64,000 nt of DNA. Origin: Zygnema circumcarinatum SAG 698-1b (lineage: Eukaryota; Plantae; Zygnematophyceae). The stretch's first letter is position 1, and every line of letters starts with the position of its first letter. The notes under the pieces are model-generated. The model saw only the letters and a list, made by a program, of their open reading frames with translations. It searched no databases and was not told the DNA's origin. Shown piece by piece: positions 1 to 13,500 of the stretch. The stretch is taken from contig CM074806.1 in the NCBI GenBank assembly GCA_037447605.1, positions 1,736,001-1,800,000 on the forward strand. Direction: 5' to 3'. Made by a program: the position numbers and the translations under genes.

Positions 1-3000
1 GCGCCCTGAGCACCGCCGCCACTGCTCTCTGCCGCCCCTCCGTTGGCCTTCTGCCTCTTCCTCGTCTGCAACACGAAGCACACGAGAACAGGCACTTGAA
101 CATCACACAGGCTGCAGAACAAACTTCGAGGTTCTGCAGAACCCCTGATAAACCCTTCGGGAACCGCAAGCGAATGGAAAACACCTTTCATATGTGAAAC
201 AGGTCCTGAGCATAACGACGCAGTGGGTCCCACAGACTGAGCTCTTCAAAGAGCACTCACAGGTTTGGCCTTTTTCCGTTTGGCACGCGCAATTGCTTCT
301 CTGATGCCCGCGTTGTCCATCCACCCCTCCGGCCACAGACCTGCAAGCTGCAGCATCCCAGCACCCCTTCCGAAGACCCATATTCAGCTTGCATTGGGTG
401 CGGCATAGCTTCCCGACTTTCCAATGAAGATTCAGAGTTGGTAGAGAAAGGTAGGTCCTGTCCTTTGGTGCCTCCGTCCTAAGGATTGGTCCGAGGAGTT
501 CATGAACTGTCTACACAGCGGTCAAGCTTTTCCTATTTTCTGTAGGGAAAACATTGTAGAGAGACTGTCTCACATTGTTATAGTCTCACAGCAAAAATGA
601 CTTCAAGAAACGAACGAGTTCACCTCGACGGTGGCCTAAAAATCTGAATTACTTCACTGAAGACTGCGAAGTCAGAGGAATGACTGTGTATCCAATGAAG
701 CAAGCTGTGAATACCTCTTTGTACAGCTTTCTCAACTGGAAGGGCTTGCGATCGTCATCGAGATCCTTTGTTGGAGAAGAAAGTTCAACACAGAAGGCAA
801 GTTAATTGCTGCGTCAGTAAATCCAAGGAAGATTCACATGGAGTATTTGCTGATGCCAAAGGACAAACCAAGCAAAAGAAGTCATTACACACATGTAAAC
901 TGAGATCGCGGCAGGCAAACATAAATACTTCCACGTAACAACCATGCTGTGAATACCGGCGACCTGACATGCGTCAGGGCTGTTCAGATAACTCTACAAT
1001 TTTTTTGCAGTTTTGTTATGTTTCCAAACATAAAGCTCAGCCAGAGTACAGGAGTCTTACCTCAACATATCTTTCATATACAAGGCAGAGGTGGTCTTCT
1101 AAACCCGCATCCCACTGAAATGACTGCGACCCCCCCCCCCCCTCCTTACTGCTCGCCGCTCCTCCCCCTGCAGCCCCTAAGCTTGCCGCAACGCCGCCCT
1201 GGAAGCATGGAAAGACCACGGCACATTTCTCCAGCTCAAAACAGGAGATACTTATAAGGATTCACTTTTTAAGGAACCGGACCATGAGCAGAGCCATGAA
1301 CAAATTTGGAAGACAGTAAACTTCCCAATAATGCCCTATGGATGCCAACAGCTCCAATGAATTTATAATTCAAACCTGTTTCTAACAGCTGCCTAGCGTG
1401 GTCTATGCCCTGTTTAACTCACATACACAACATCAGAAAATGCATTTCAAGGACTCATAGCTGGCAGATTTGATCTGAACCAGCAAAATGTTGCTGAAAA
1501 GCTGAACATCCAGAAAAGCAGCCAAGCACATTAGTGTTCAACAATGTTCATGTCAAGCACTCGCAAACCAGAAAAGTGGACTTGTCCACGTTACATAGTG
1601 ATCGTTCTGTTGTCATCATATGATGCATGCATGGGCAGCAGACTACAAGCGAGCTTCAAGATTGTACGGATGCAATTCGCACCTTGACGTTCTCCATTCG
1701 AGCGGCCACAAGCTCCTTTAGCCCTTTCTTTCCGACCTCCAGCAGCTGCTCCCTTGCCTCTCTTGCTGTCTGCCCCTTCTCCACCATAGACTTGAGGTGC
1801 TTCTGCTTTTCCAAGATAAAACATGGAAATCCCCAAAACAGAAGGAAAACACAGACTTTAGAAACAAATACAACTAATCATTCGAAACAGGTACACTGCC
1901 TGACAAATATGTTCACTTGACCAAAGAAAGGAAGGTTCCTTCTTTGATGGAATGACCATCAAAATTTTGAAATCTTAGAAGCCAATTGCCAGAAACAAAA
2001 GAAACGCCTTTGTGATTGTGTCATTTGGTTCAACTGAAAAGTGAAATGGCATGAACCACCTGGAACTATGTAATACCTAATGAAGGGCATCAAATGTGCT
2101 AACCAGTGTCAACAATACATACCCCAGAATGTCACTCGCTGCTTTCTAAGATCCATCAGGTCACATCTCCGGGCCATATTAAATAAATATTGAAATTGCA
2201 GATACCCCTGGTATCGCCTCAGTCCAAACTTGAATAGAAATATCACCTTGAGGATTACGGGCTGCATCATCGGCTTCATGATGTCCTTCAGCCGGTCCAC
2301 CACATCTGGCGGAACAACACTTCCTTCCCTTGCCTGCAGTTGCAAGATTGCAATCCGACGATTAACTTCAACAGTGTTTTGGAACGGCTTTGTGCCTGGG
2401 ATATCGAAACCCTGCTTGCCTCCTCACTTAGGTGAACAATGAGTCTGTACATTGCATATGACTCCGGAACAAATTACAGCAAACTGATTAGCACTCCCGC
2501 ATAAACACAGAAAGGTGTTTGAATGACGCGGACAGCATAGAAGACCGAATTCATAGGGCAGGGAAACGTTATAATCACCGCTAATCGAACTATTCGACCG
2601 AGCTTTGCCTTAACTTCAGGAGTTATGCGGGGCATCCTGGCCGAAGGTTGTGACCCCCCCGACTCTGTTTCAAGATGTGTCGACTCATCCCCCCCTATGG
2701 GTTGACCTGCCCAACAGGTGGCAAACTGCATGCATCAATCACGGCAGACCAGACCTTGTCTCAACAATTCCAATACCTAAGAGACCTTGCATACCTACAC
2801 CGTCCAGCATTTATGGGTTTCGTGCACATAGGCGAGTGGAGGGCCATGGTTGCAGAACAATTGAGAGCACCGTTCACTTTAGCGAAATTAATTCACCGAT
2901 GAAGTTATCACAACAGTAAGTGCAACTGACTGAAATTGGAGATTGAACATAAGTTACTTTTCGACACATCAAATAGGTGACAAGCTAAAAAGGTGAACGT

Positions 3001-5661
3001 CCTATCCAACGCTTAAACGTACAACAACAACTGCGACAAAGTCCAGTCCAACCATACTTCCAAAGCTCTACATAAACAGCTACTTACCAGCCGGAACTAA
3101 CGCTTGAAGGTCCACAATGGCCTTCTCCAGCAACTTATTGTGGAGTTTCCGTCCGGCTGCAATAACTGGTTGGGGAGCTTGTGCCAGGGCCTTCTACAAA
3201 CAATCGCATAAAACGAAGCATAACAAGCTTACTGTTCCGTAATATGTCAAGTGGTCAGGGAAACTAACAGCAAATGACGTTATCCTCCCACTGTATCCCA
3301 AAATCGACTGAGCTAAACGGATGTGGCTAGGTTTTTGCCTCATGATTCGGCCAGGACAAGCATTGCCACTATAAGCACAACAAATAAAGGGAAGGTAGTT
3401 GATCTTACCTCAAGTTTTGCTACACTGCCTCCTTTCATTCTCCCTTTCCCAGAGTCGGGAGTTTCCAATTTTAACCTCTTCGGCAATCCCTCTTCAATCA
3501 CCTGCTCTCTGTTTTTCCAGCCTCCTCCACTACCGCCCTTTAACTTAGCTCCTTCTTGGCCCACAAACAGAGAGGAAGCAACTCCACGTGGGGTCCTGAA
3601 AGCTTCCCCACCTCCACCCTGCTCCTCTGCGGCGACTCCATTTCTGAAGGTCTTCTCAGGTGATCCGCGACTTGCCCCCTCAGCATCCTCTCTTACTCTT
3701 GTGATAGAAGCAACTCCTTCCTTACGTCTTGGACTTATTGTGGGTTGAGAGCTTCCAACGACCCGATTCGAGAGTTCATCTGCTGGTAATGGCTGTCCAC
3801 TATTTACATTCGAAAGAGAATGTGTGGCTTCTGCAGAAGACTGGGAGGTTACCTCCAGTTGGCCTGAACTCCTGGACAACTGAGCTGGTTCAAACTCAGT
3901 TCGATCTTTTATGGATTCCACAATATTGCTTTTGTGGCCATCCAGGGACCCTTCTACTGTAGGAAGCAACTTTTGTCTTTTCTTCCGAGGAACGCCGGGT
4001 GCTCCACGACCAAGTCCCTTCCCAGACTTTGCTCCTACTTTTTTACCACCATCCACCCCATGCTCCTTGTCAGCCTTGTCGCCGGGTAGAGTCGGTAAAC
4101 GTTTAAGCTTAGGCTTCCGCTTTTTGGGTCGTTCAACCTCCACTGCCGATATTGAGGGGACGTCCCTGCACAGGACGGCTGCACAATACAAGCTCAAGAT
4201 TTTGCAAAATTCACAGGACAGCATACATTACGAGCATGAGTAGCTCAACCTTAAGTCTATGAGACCCACAAAACACATAACTTTACAGCCAGAGAAGCTG
4301 ACTGAAAAGGCACGACGAATCTCCCATCAATAAAGCAAAACACAAAAAGGAAAACAGCAATTCATACATTCGCTCAAGTGCCCCCTTGTTGACAAAGAAG
4401 CCGGTGTGTTTTGCCTTTCCCTGTCCGGCAGCGAAATACTCATCCTGCACAAAAAAAACGCCAAGATCCATGCTTTCCATTTTTAATCGCATCCTCGAGG
4501 AAATAGAAGGAGCGAAGGAATGTACTAACTTCGCAAATAAAAGCAAGGCCTTTCTCACTACCATGTTCACAGAAAATGGAGAGAAAGACATGATCCAGCA
4601 TAAGGATAGGAAGCTCCTCCCATTTGACGAAAATGCGCTGGCTTTTGCTTCCCTAAAAGCTCTAGCAACAACTCCAAACAGCTGAACAGGAGAACGGGAA
4701 ACGTGCGGGCTGACCAAGTCTTGATCATCGATGAACGAGTCATCTGTATCATAGCGGTCTGATCCAGCTTCATCGGCAAGGTCACCACCGGCCTCCTCAT
4801 CGCTTTCTCGGCCCTGAAATGCACGACAATACAAAGTGGAATTTAGATGCAATATCCCTACCCTTAATAACTCACTAACTGTACATCCCTATGCAAGCTT
4901 CAGGACCAACTTAAAATGTGAAGAAATTAGGAGACTCGACTTTGCTTTTACAATGCCTTGAAGTGAACCCACCTTGTACAGGCGTTCAATCCTTTCAATG
5001 ACAGAGCTGAAGCGGTTAGCGGGAATGGGGAGAGCATCAGCATTGCCCAGTGGAGGTGCCTGTGCTCCTTCCTGTGCACTTGAAAGCAAGACAATGTTGG
5101 AACAACAAGACATTGCTACAACATTTGGCAATTTGAATCTACGCATGTGCCATTATTTTTTCAATAACGTTCGCGATTTTCAAAGCTAAATACTGCTGCA
5201 TACATTGTGCTACCTTGAAACAAGAGACTGAAGGAGTCTTCTTTCATTGACATCATCCCCGTCCTTGCGGGTGTAACCCCGCATTCTGATCAATGCGAGT
5301 AGTTGACGCGCTCACACCCTGCAGCCTTATGGCCTCCGTTCAAGTTACTGCTATAGTCCACATTGACAATCTAATAATGCCAAAACCTTACCTGCTGAGG
5401 AGCAAGGCGAGCCTCCAGAGCAGGATGCGCGCCTGCAGGCGGAGCAGCAGCAGGAGGCTGCGCCTGCTGGTGCTGCTGAAGGAGGCGCCGTAGAGACACA
5501 ACAGGGCCATCGTCTAGCGACACGTGAAACCGCAGGGTGACTGAGCACTCTCCTCCCGCTCCACCTCCCCCTCCCCCTCCCCCTCCCCCTGAAGCCGCAA
5601 TGCCTCCTGCTGCCGCTGCAGTGGAAGGCCCACGCGCATCCATGGCCACAGCGGCATCCAT
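1..5661 (-). CDS. UBN1: Ubinuclein (UBN1/UBN2, HPC2-related HIRA histone-chaperone subunit); multi-exon, 3' end runs off the window
   Basis: Phase-compatible exons: 5661-5392 (LRFHVSLDDGPVVSLRRLL), 5071-4973 (NRFSSVIERIERLYK), HUN-domain exons (RYDTDDSFIDD; GFFVNKGALER), 4.15-3.41 kb Lys-rich exon, then ITPEVKAKLGRIVRLA, FQWDAGLEDHLCLVYERYVE, RKLYKE and 347-261 (LAGLWPEGWMDNAGIREAIARAK). These match plant UBN motifs in order. Confidence 0.92.
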
Positions 5662-5808
5662 GGCATCGGCGGGCCCGCCGCGCGTTCACCGCCCGTCAAC
5701 CATGGCCTGCCCTCCCAGCCCTCCTCCCCTCCCCTCCCCTCCCCTGCGCCACGTCACGGTCGGTGCGCTCCTGCCGCGTGGCGACTTCCGCAAAGATGCA
5801 ATGCCACA

Positions 5809-6150
5809 GCCATGCCCATGGTCCAATCCAAGGCCCCATGCCCCCCCCATGCCCCCCCATGCCCCCATGGACCCATGACCCCCCATGCCCCCATGGACCC
5901 ATGGACCCATGTCCCCCACATGCCCCCCCATGCCCCCATGCCCCCATGGCCCCATGTCCCCCCATGCCCCCATGGACCCATGTTCCCCCATGCCCCCGTG
6001 CCCCCATGAACCCATGGACCCATGTCTCCCCCATGGCCCCATGTCCCCCCATGCCCCCGTGTCCCCATGGACCCATGGACCCATGNNNNNNNNNNTGCCC
6101 CCCCCCCCCCCCCATGCCCCCATGCCCCCATGGACCGATGTCCCCCCATG
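5809..6150. repeat. Low-complexity CCCATG/GGACCCATG satellite, interrupted by a 10-N gap (6086-6095)
   Basis: Dozens of degenerate (C)nATG / CCATGG units. They generate the spurious Pro/His/Met and Gly/His/Met ORFs in the track. Confidence 0.9.
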
Positions 6151-6762
6151 GCCCCGTGCCACTACAATGCAACCGATCCCACAACCGTTGATTAATGGTC
6201 GCCTCGTCGACCCATAGCGCGATAACACCTTGTCCCTCACCACCATAACCTGCGGCAGGTGATCTGGCTGCTATGGGCTCTGCGTGCCTCTCTTTTGCGT
6301 GGTTTGCTGACCTCGCTCTTACCTCTCCGGGCTCTCCATCAATTCACTCCTGCTTCCCAAAAGACCTAAAAGCTCTGTTAATTATCATGTACGTAGACTT
6401 TATAAAAGGCTTATCCGGCTTTTATAACCGGTTTAGTTTTAATAACAATTTTTAATTTGGCAGCTAGAAGGTGTGTCCCCTCTCTTCCTCCCCCACCTCT
6501 CTCTCTCTCTCTCTCCCAGTTTTTCCTTCCGAGGGGAGGGAGGGGGAGGGAGGGAGGGAGTGGATGCAAGTTAGAGAGCGAAGGCATCATGTCCTTGAAG
6601 ATTTCAGTAGTTCAGAGTTTCAAGGGTTTCAGGGCTCAAGAATTTCGATTTTCAGTAAGCCCACGGTAGTGTGCTTCTATAGCTGGGCATGGACTTCAAG
6701 ATGCCAGTTTCCTTGCACCCTGGGATGGGGTTGTAAGGGACAACAGTTGGCGGCCCAGTTCC

Positions 6763-6801
6763 GAGGTCGGCTATTGATTGGAGCAATCAACAGCCGACCT
6801 C
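6763..6801. other. Near-perfect 39-bp palindrome (18-bp arms, 1 mismatch, 3-nt loop)
   Basis: gaggtcggctattgattg-gag-caatcaacagccgacctc. Confidence 0.85.
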
Positions 6802-7514
6802 ACCAACCCAGCCACTCACCTGGGCTCACTCACACCCAGTCACCAACCCTCACCAACCCTAGCCGACCCACCTGTAGCCGATGACATACAACATCGAAGT
6901 CGACGTTGACGTCAACATCAACGTCAACGTCACCACCCCACCATTGCTTGCACCATCACCACAAGCGTCACCATCAACACGAACACAACACCAACACCAA
7001 ACATCAACAGACAAGCAAAAGGATCCTCTTGAAAGAAGCTCCTTCCATGCCCCAACTCTCCTTAGCAGCCCTGTAAAACGAGACTCAACCGCCTTTTGCT
7101 CTCCTCAGAGGACACGCTATGGTTCCAAAACGATGTTGGTAGCGACTGTCCATTAGGGAAAAGTTATTGACTGTGAGCCATCGGCAAGACAGCAAGTCCT
7201 CCTCTGCAGCATGTGCACTTCTCTTCTCTGCCCGAAGGCTGCGGCCCCTCCGCTGAACCAAGTGCAGCTCGCTTCAAGCCATGCATTGGCAAAACGATGA
7301 AGCACAATGCCGTCGTTTGTACACTTTTGGACTCGAGCACCGCGCTACATATTGCAACGGGCAGACCTACACAAAAAATCATGAATTGGCCCATGACACT
7401 CCGATGTGTTGCAGGTCGCACCGAGGAGCAAACTGCCCTAATAACGGAATGAAGGCTTGATCATGTAGAAGCCGAGTCAACAATTCACACGGCTTAGAAT
7501 TCCAAGACGCGGCT

Positions 7515-10500
7515 CTACTTGTTGTTGTTGATCGAAACAGAGAGTGCCCCGAGGCAGTCGTTCACTTGACTCGCCATGCCCAGATCCCCCGCATGCTGCT
7601 GCAGGTCACCCTGCATGGCTCGCCCGCCCAGCAGGAGAAGCTCCTGGATGGAGCTCACCAATTCAGTGTCGGCAAGCAGGGACTCCATAGTTACATGCAC
7701 ACCTGCAGACAGTTTCAGCAAATCACATTGATCATTATCCTCTCCATGTCAGAAATACAAAAAGAAATAAGCACGTTATGTTCTTCCTTTTCCATCGTAC
7801 CAACAGCAGAATGTAAAGAAACAACAGACTATACATCACCAACAGAAAGCATGTTTTGCATTCCCTCCACAGGAAAACTGCCCTTTCGACTTCGAGCACT
7901 TCGACTGCCCTCTTCAGAGCAACTACCTATCCAAGAGAGGACTCAGTGAGGTCAATGTCAGTGGAACAATCTTGTCAACATAACTTTTGACCCATGAGAT
8001 GAGTCGCCCCAAGAGCCAAAGGCATCTCATGAGCCGTAAGTCCAAGAAAAGAAAATCTCCCTAGGCTTCCAGGTAAGTGAACTGAAAAGTGTGAATTCTG
8101 AAGTGGGATACTTAAGAGAGGGTAGCAGGTGCCCTGGATGGCAACCTCAAGTGACAAATCCAGTTCAGAAGTTAGCAAGCAACAGAACACGGCCCACCGC
8201 ATGAGTACGAGAGACCAACGAATCCAGATCTCCAATGACTACCAGAATTTCCTTCACTTTAAAGCTCTCTAAAGCCCAAGACAGGACAGCCCGCTATATC
8301 CAGCAATCAAGCCAATCCAACCACCAGGACAAACAAACTTACGGAAACGCCAATAGTGGCGTGGATTGGTTGGGTCATTGATGATTTCTTCAACAGCAGG
8401 TCGCTTGCAGTACTCCTCTCTCAGCGCCATTAAATCCTGCACCATTCAGCGTTGCATGAATATTGATGGCTCACTGGCAGCAGTTGCAACATCTGGAGTT
8501 CGGAGATGACAGCATCAATACGTTGACATTAAGTGAAATTCACCAGTTGAAAAGAACAACTACAGACGATGATTTGACATACCCATAGTCGATATGCTGA
8601 TTGCTCAACACCCATAACAATTTTTTTGGAGGAGTTAATCGCAAGCTTCGCAAGCACTTTTCAAAGAAACAGGCTGGAGAAAAGGTGTGAACGGTGAAGA
8701 CAAGCTGGATAAGCACTGTCGTGAAGCAAAAAAAAAAATATGATCACCTGGATGGGGAAAATGGCCCAGACACTTGGAGACTCGCAATGCTGTTGTATGA
8801 TCGCCCGTGCTACATCCGGCATGCATTTGTCCGGCGCAGATGCTGCGCTGAATCCAAGCATTGTGCGGAAGTATCGCTGCCTCCGTCCACTGTCCTCTTC
8901 CCACCATGCTCGCAGTGTGGAGCAGTCGTGGCATGAAGGAGCACACACCTGCATTCCAAACTATCGTAATCAGAGGGGCCTATGCTGAAGTTACGGCAGT
9001 GAAGCGGCGTATCCACTGATTTGCTGCTAGAAAACACTTGTGGAGTCGGCGATATGTAAGGAGGATCGAGCAGGATATGTGTCCCTTCATAAATTCAGAG
9101 CTTGAGAGAAATTTCTGAACACCTAATGTGCTATTCAGGAGTCAAAAAACTCAGCAAGCGCAAGTGAGAAAGTTCCACATACCGTCATGTACTCGTAGTC
9201 TGCCGGATTGGCAAACTCCACTGGTTCAGTAGGCATGCGTTGAATGCGGAGCCCCAAAAGTCCCAGCTCATTTAAGACCTGCTTTCACAGACAGCGCACG
9301 AAAACTGTAATGGCGATACAAAAGGCTGCTTGAAGCTGAGCAACTACAGACATCAACGCAATACTCGGGTATGATCTAAAATCTCTGACATAAAGCAGTT
9401 TTTGGAGTTAGAAGAATAGTTTCGAATTGTTCTCATTAACGAACAGCCGCTGCACATACATGGACGGGAGTAACCGGCACATATAAACACGCAAACTTGT
9501 AAAAAGGTCAGGGAAAAGCACATGAAGTCATAGGAGTGACAGACACAGGAGAGAACCCAAAGAAGCTAGGCACTTTCAGCGAATATGAGCACAAGCAGTG
9601 AGGAATACACTTACCGGAGGTACACAGGCTGGCACAAAACCGAGGTCTTCGCCACAGGAAAGCATATTCGACGAATTCATGAGCACTGGCAGAGTTCTCA
9701 AAGCATTTTCTCGCCAAAGAGCCTCCTGGCGCACGAAGTAATAGTCGTGATATAGGCGTTTGAGTACGTCCTTGCTGCATCAGGAGACAACGGCTTAAAC
9801 TACAAATTCAGTAAAAAGACAAAAACCGAGTTCATCCATGGATGGCCACTATGTCAAAATGGGAGCCTCTGCTTCTGCGGGGATTCAACCCGTCCATATC
9901 AGTTGTAATCTCTACAGGGTCGTATTTCCTTACGAATACCAGACATAAGGAGCCTGTATTCAAGGAAGAACTCTTATTTACCAGACCTAAAGCTCCCTGT
10001 TGAAAAGCAACTAGTTGACAGTGTCAATGTCCACCCAACGCTTGAGATCACATCTTGCCTGTGTTCATCGAGGTCAGCAAAGCTCGATGTAGTATCCATG
10101 CCAAATCGAGGGTAGAACTTCCTTGCATCCTCCAAATCTCGAATCAGGCAAATGTTCTGAAGCCATTTTGAAGCAAAGCCAAACATACCACCAAACCGAC
10201 ATTGAGCAAGTTAATGGTGGCAGCAAGCACTTCTTTTCATGCAAACGAGAATAGACCTTTGACAACCACTGAAATTATGGCACTTGCCTGCATACGAGCA
10301 GAAATTCTGGATGATGTGTGGTTATGGTGTTGCAACCACAAAGTGCATTCTAGTCAATTTCTTCTTCAGCTGTGGCTCGTGACAATACAGGGTCACATAT
10401 GGAGAGACAGAGGCTCCAACATGGATTGTCTATCACAAGCAAAATCTGCGAAGCCGGCAATGCACTTGTACATATAAGGAATGGAGAACGTACAGTGAGC

Positions 10501-13500
10501 AGGGAAACAAGCCCCTTCCTTGTCTCTTTCACCTCCTTTGCCAGCCAGTCAGGAGAGCCTTCTCGTAGCTCAAGCGCTGCTGCAATCTTCTTCTCCGTAC
10601 TGTACTCGTCCTTGAACTGTAAGATACGTTTAAAGCAGTGAAATGAGCAAGGGCATATCGATTCCAAGAAATCTCAACATTCCATTGAAGCGCTTGCTGA
10701 CGAAACGGCTCTAAGTAAAACGCCACGCTACGAAACACATGTCCGGTGCCATGTGAAGAGATGCAAAAGCGTTACTTCAAGAAGAATTTTTTTTTTGGTT
10801 CATACATACTCTGTAGGATGAATTGGCACCTTCCTCAAAGTACTTTGTTGCAACCTCCGTCCATCGGACTCCAAACAAACTCTGTTGAAGGGACAAGAGA
10901 CACTTACGCAGCAAATTTAGATAGCACACAATGCTACAGTCAATGGAATAGAAACGATGGTCGAATCCCAATGTCAGAAAGACACTACCTACGAATGTAG
11001 TGTGGGAAGGGGATAAAGATTGGCTCGACTCGCCATAAGTTGGGACCTGGGAAGCCAGGAAGGAGGAAGGAAGGAGTATTCTGCCTTCTGCACAACTGGA
11101 CGAATGTTCCAGTTGTGCAAAAGGTAGAATACTTCTTTCTTTTATGCAGGATCAAAAGCTGCGCACCTCTAAAAGTTGGCGATTAACATAGGGCTCACAA
11201 AAGCGGTTGAAATCCCAGAGACCCTCCTTTTCCATCTCCTCCTGGATGAAGCACAGTCCAAAGGCAGCACTTCAAAATACAAATCAGAAACGAGGATTAA
11301 AAAACCAAGGAAAGCACGCGCAGGCTGAACAGCAAGATACAGGATGGCCTTAGAGATAACCAGGAGCAAAACCACTTAAGATCTCAAGGAATGGACCGGC
11401 CCAGCAATGCCCAGAAAGCGACACAAACACCTACCGACCCTGCTACGACCACAGCCAGAAAATATTGAAGTCCAAACAATTGGCTGCTCTCTTTAAAAAA
11501 GACAACGACTTTGCTATCTACGGAAGACTCCCTCCTAAACCATGGCCGCCTGTACCGCTCAGCACATTATTGCCTGAGCTACACAAAGTCTGAACAGGCC
11601 TTCTCAAAGAGCAAAGACTTCCAAAGAAGTAGAAAAAGGTCTGTCACCATAATATCTTAAACACAGATGGAGAGAAGATGCAGCTTACAGCACTGATTGG
11701 AATCGATGGTCGAAAGCGCCCAAGAATGCCGGAGATTGCATGGGCTGGTAGCTCCCAAATCCTGAAAAAGCCAAGAATATGATCTATTCGATAGGCGCTG
11801 AAATATTTGGACATCTGCAAGGGTCATCGGGAACGGGTACCAACCATCGACGATGCACAATCAGTTACTACAAAAGAAGTTCACATTGCAAGCGGAGGAT
11901 TCTTTGACAGTTGCAGAATGACATTATTCTGTGGTCACATTCGTCCTCATACCAAGTTGAGTCCTACAAATTGGCTGAAAGCTCGCAATCACATCGACGC
12001 GTTTCCAGTGAACCAAAGAAACCCAAGGGAGAATGATGTACAATAACATGCAGCCGCCCTATCAGAAACCAAAGAACTTTCAACTGACCAATTCCTTGCG
12101 GCGCACATTGGAGAGCTGCTTTCTGCATGCATGCACCATTCTCAAGTGGCTGTAGCAGGCGAGATTGCTACCTGGGTGAGACGGGCCCTCCACCAGGCAT
12201 AGTTGTCCTTGGACATCTCCTCCCAATTGTAGGTTGGAAAGCCCCAGTTCTGCCCGTTGGCATCGAACATGTCTGGCGGCGCTCCGGTCGAGGTGTCCAT
12301 GCGGAATAAATTAGGTGTCATCCACGTGTCAACACTATTGCGGTCAACTCCAATCGGAAGATCCCCTTTCAGGATGACATGGTTTTGCCGGGCATATTCT
12401 GCGGCCTCAGATAACTGAAAAAGACTTAAAATTAGTTAGAATCTCTTAGTTGATTGACGACCATATACTTACATAAAAATGGCAGTCCTTTGTGCTTTAA
12501 CAGACTGGAAAAGGGTACCCGAAATTCTAACACTGAAGGTCAAGCCATCGACCAGACTTAATGCGTCAAAAACCATATGGAATGTTGAAAGATTACCCAC
12601 CTGAAGGTGGAGATGGTATTGGAGATAGTATCTGTAGGCAATTGCATCAAAGTGGTCGCTTGAAGGAGCCACGAGTTTATCCAGCTGTACATCCCACCGC
12701 CACATACAGGGTGACATATACGAGGACAAAACATTGAGTATTTAGCCGGACCTTTTTAGGTTCGTTAATCGGCTACCTCTGGACCTAATTGGCCAGACTG
12801 AACTTGATCTTCAACTCCAGTCTGCTAACCTGTCATACCTCTAAACTGTTTGGAATTTGTAATCACAGGAAGTATTGAATTCCAAGAAAGGTTACGTGCC
12901 TCACAGTTCCAATAATGGCATGAAAAGGGCATACAAGAGCTTGACTGCCTACGAGAAAATCCTGAATACCTGTACTAACAATAATCGGCTGCTGCTGATG
13001 CACTTGTCACTAAATGATGAGGGTTCGAGGAGCTTTAAAATTTAGAGAGAAGGACTTTAGCCTGATCCATGGGAATTCAGATTAATCGTACAAGGGATTT
13101 ATTCAAAAAGAAATGACAAAAAATCACAGCAGTAGAGCACAACCAAGTTCGTAATGGTAACGGGAAAGTGAAGATGCAAACCTTGGCTTGAGAGAACTTG
13201 GAGTGCACGCCCCACTGTGAGTGGTCAGCTGTGCCGAAAAGGTCTTTGAGAAAGCAAAAGGCAGCATATGCTTTTAGCCAATCCTGTGCCAACAGACTTT
13301 AAACTTAATTAGTTCTCAGAACCTTCTCCTCATTAATCACCTAAACTTTGACATTCTGATAGATCAATGGAATCCTGGATTTACGTGATTGCCATCCCAA
13401 CAACAAGTCCTGATTTATCAGTTTAGGGTTGCAACATATATCCACAGCCTTTTCATCTGTCAAAAAGGTTAAAACGGTCATGATGTATAAGTTAGAAAAG

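Noticed and set aside
5686-6246. Several Pro/His/Met- and Gly/His-rich ORFs
   Set aside because: They are translations of the CCCATG satellite in all frames and span an N gap.
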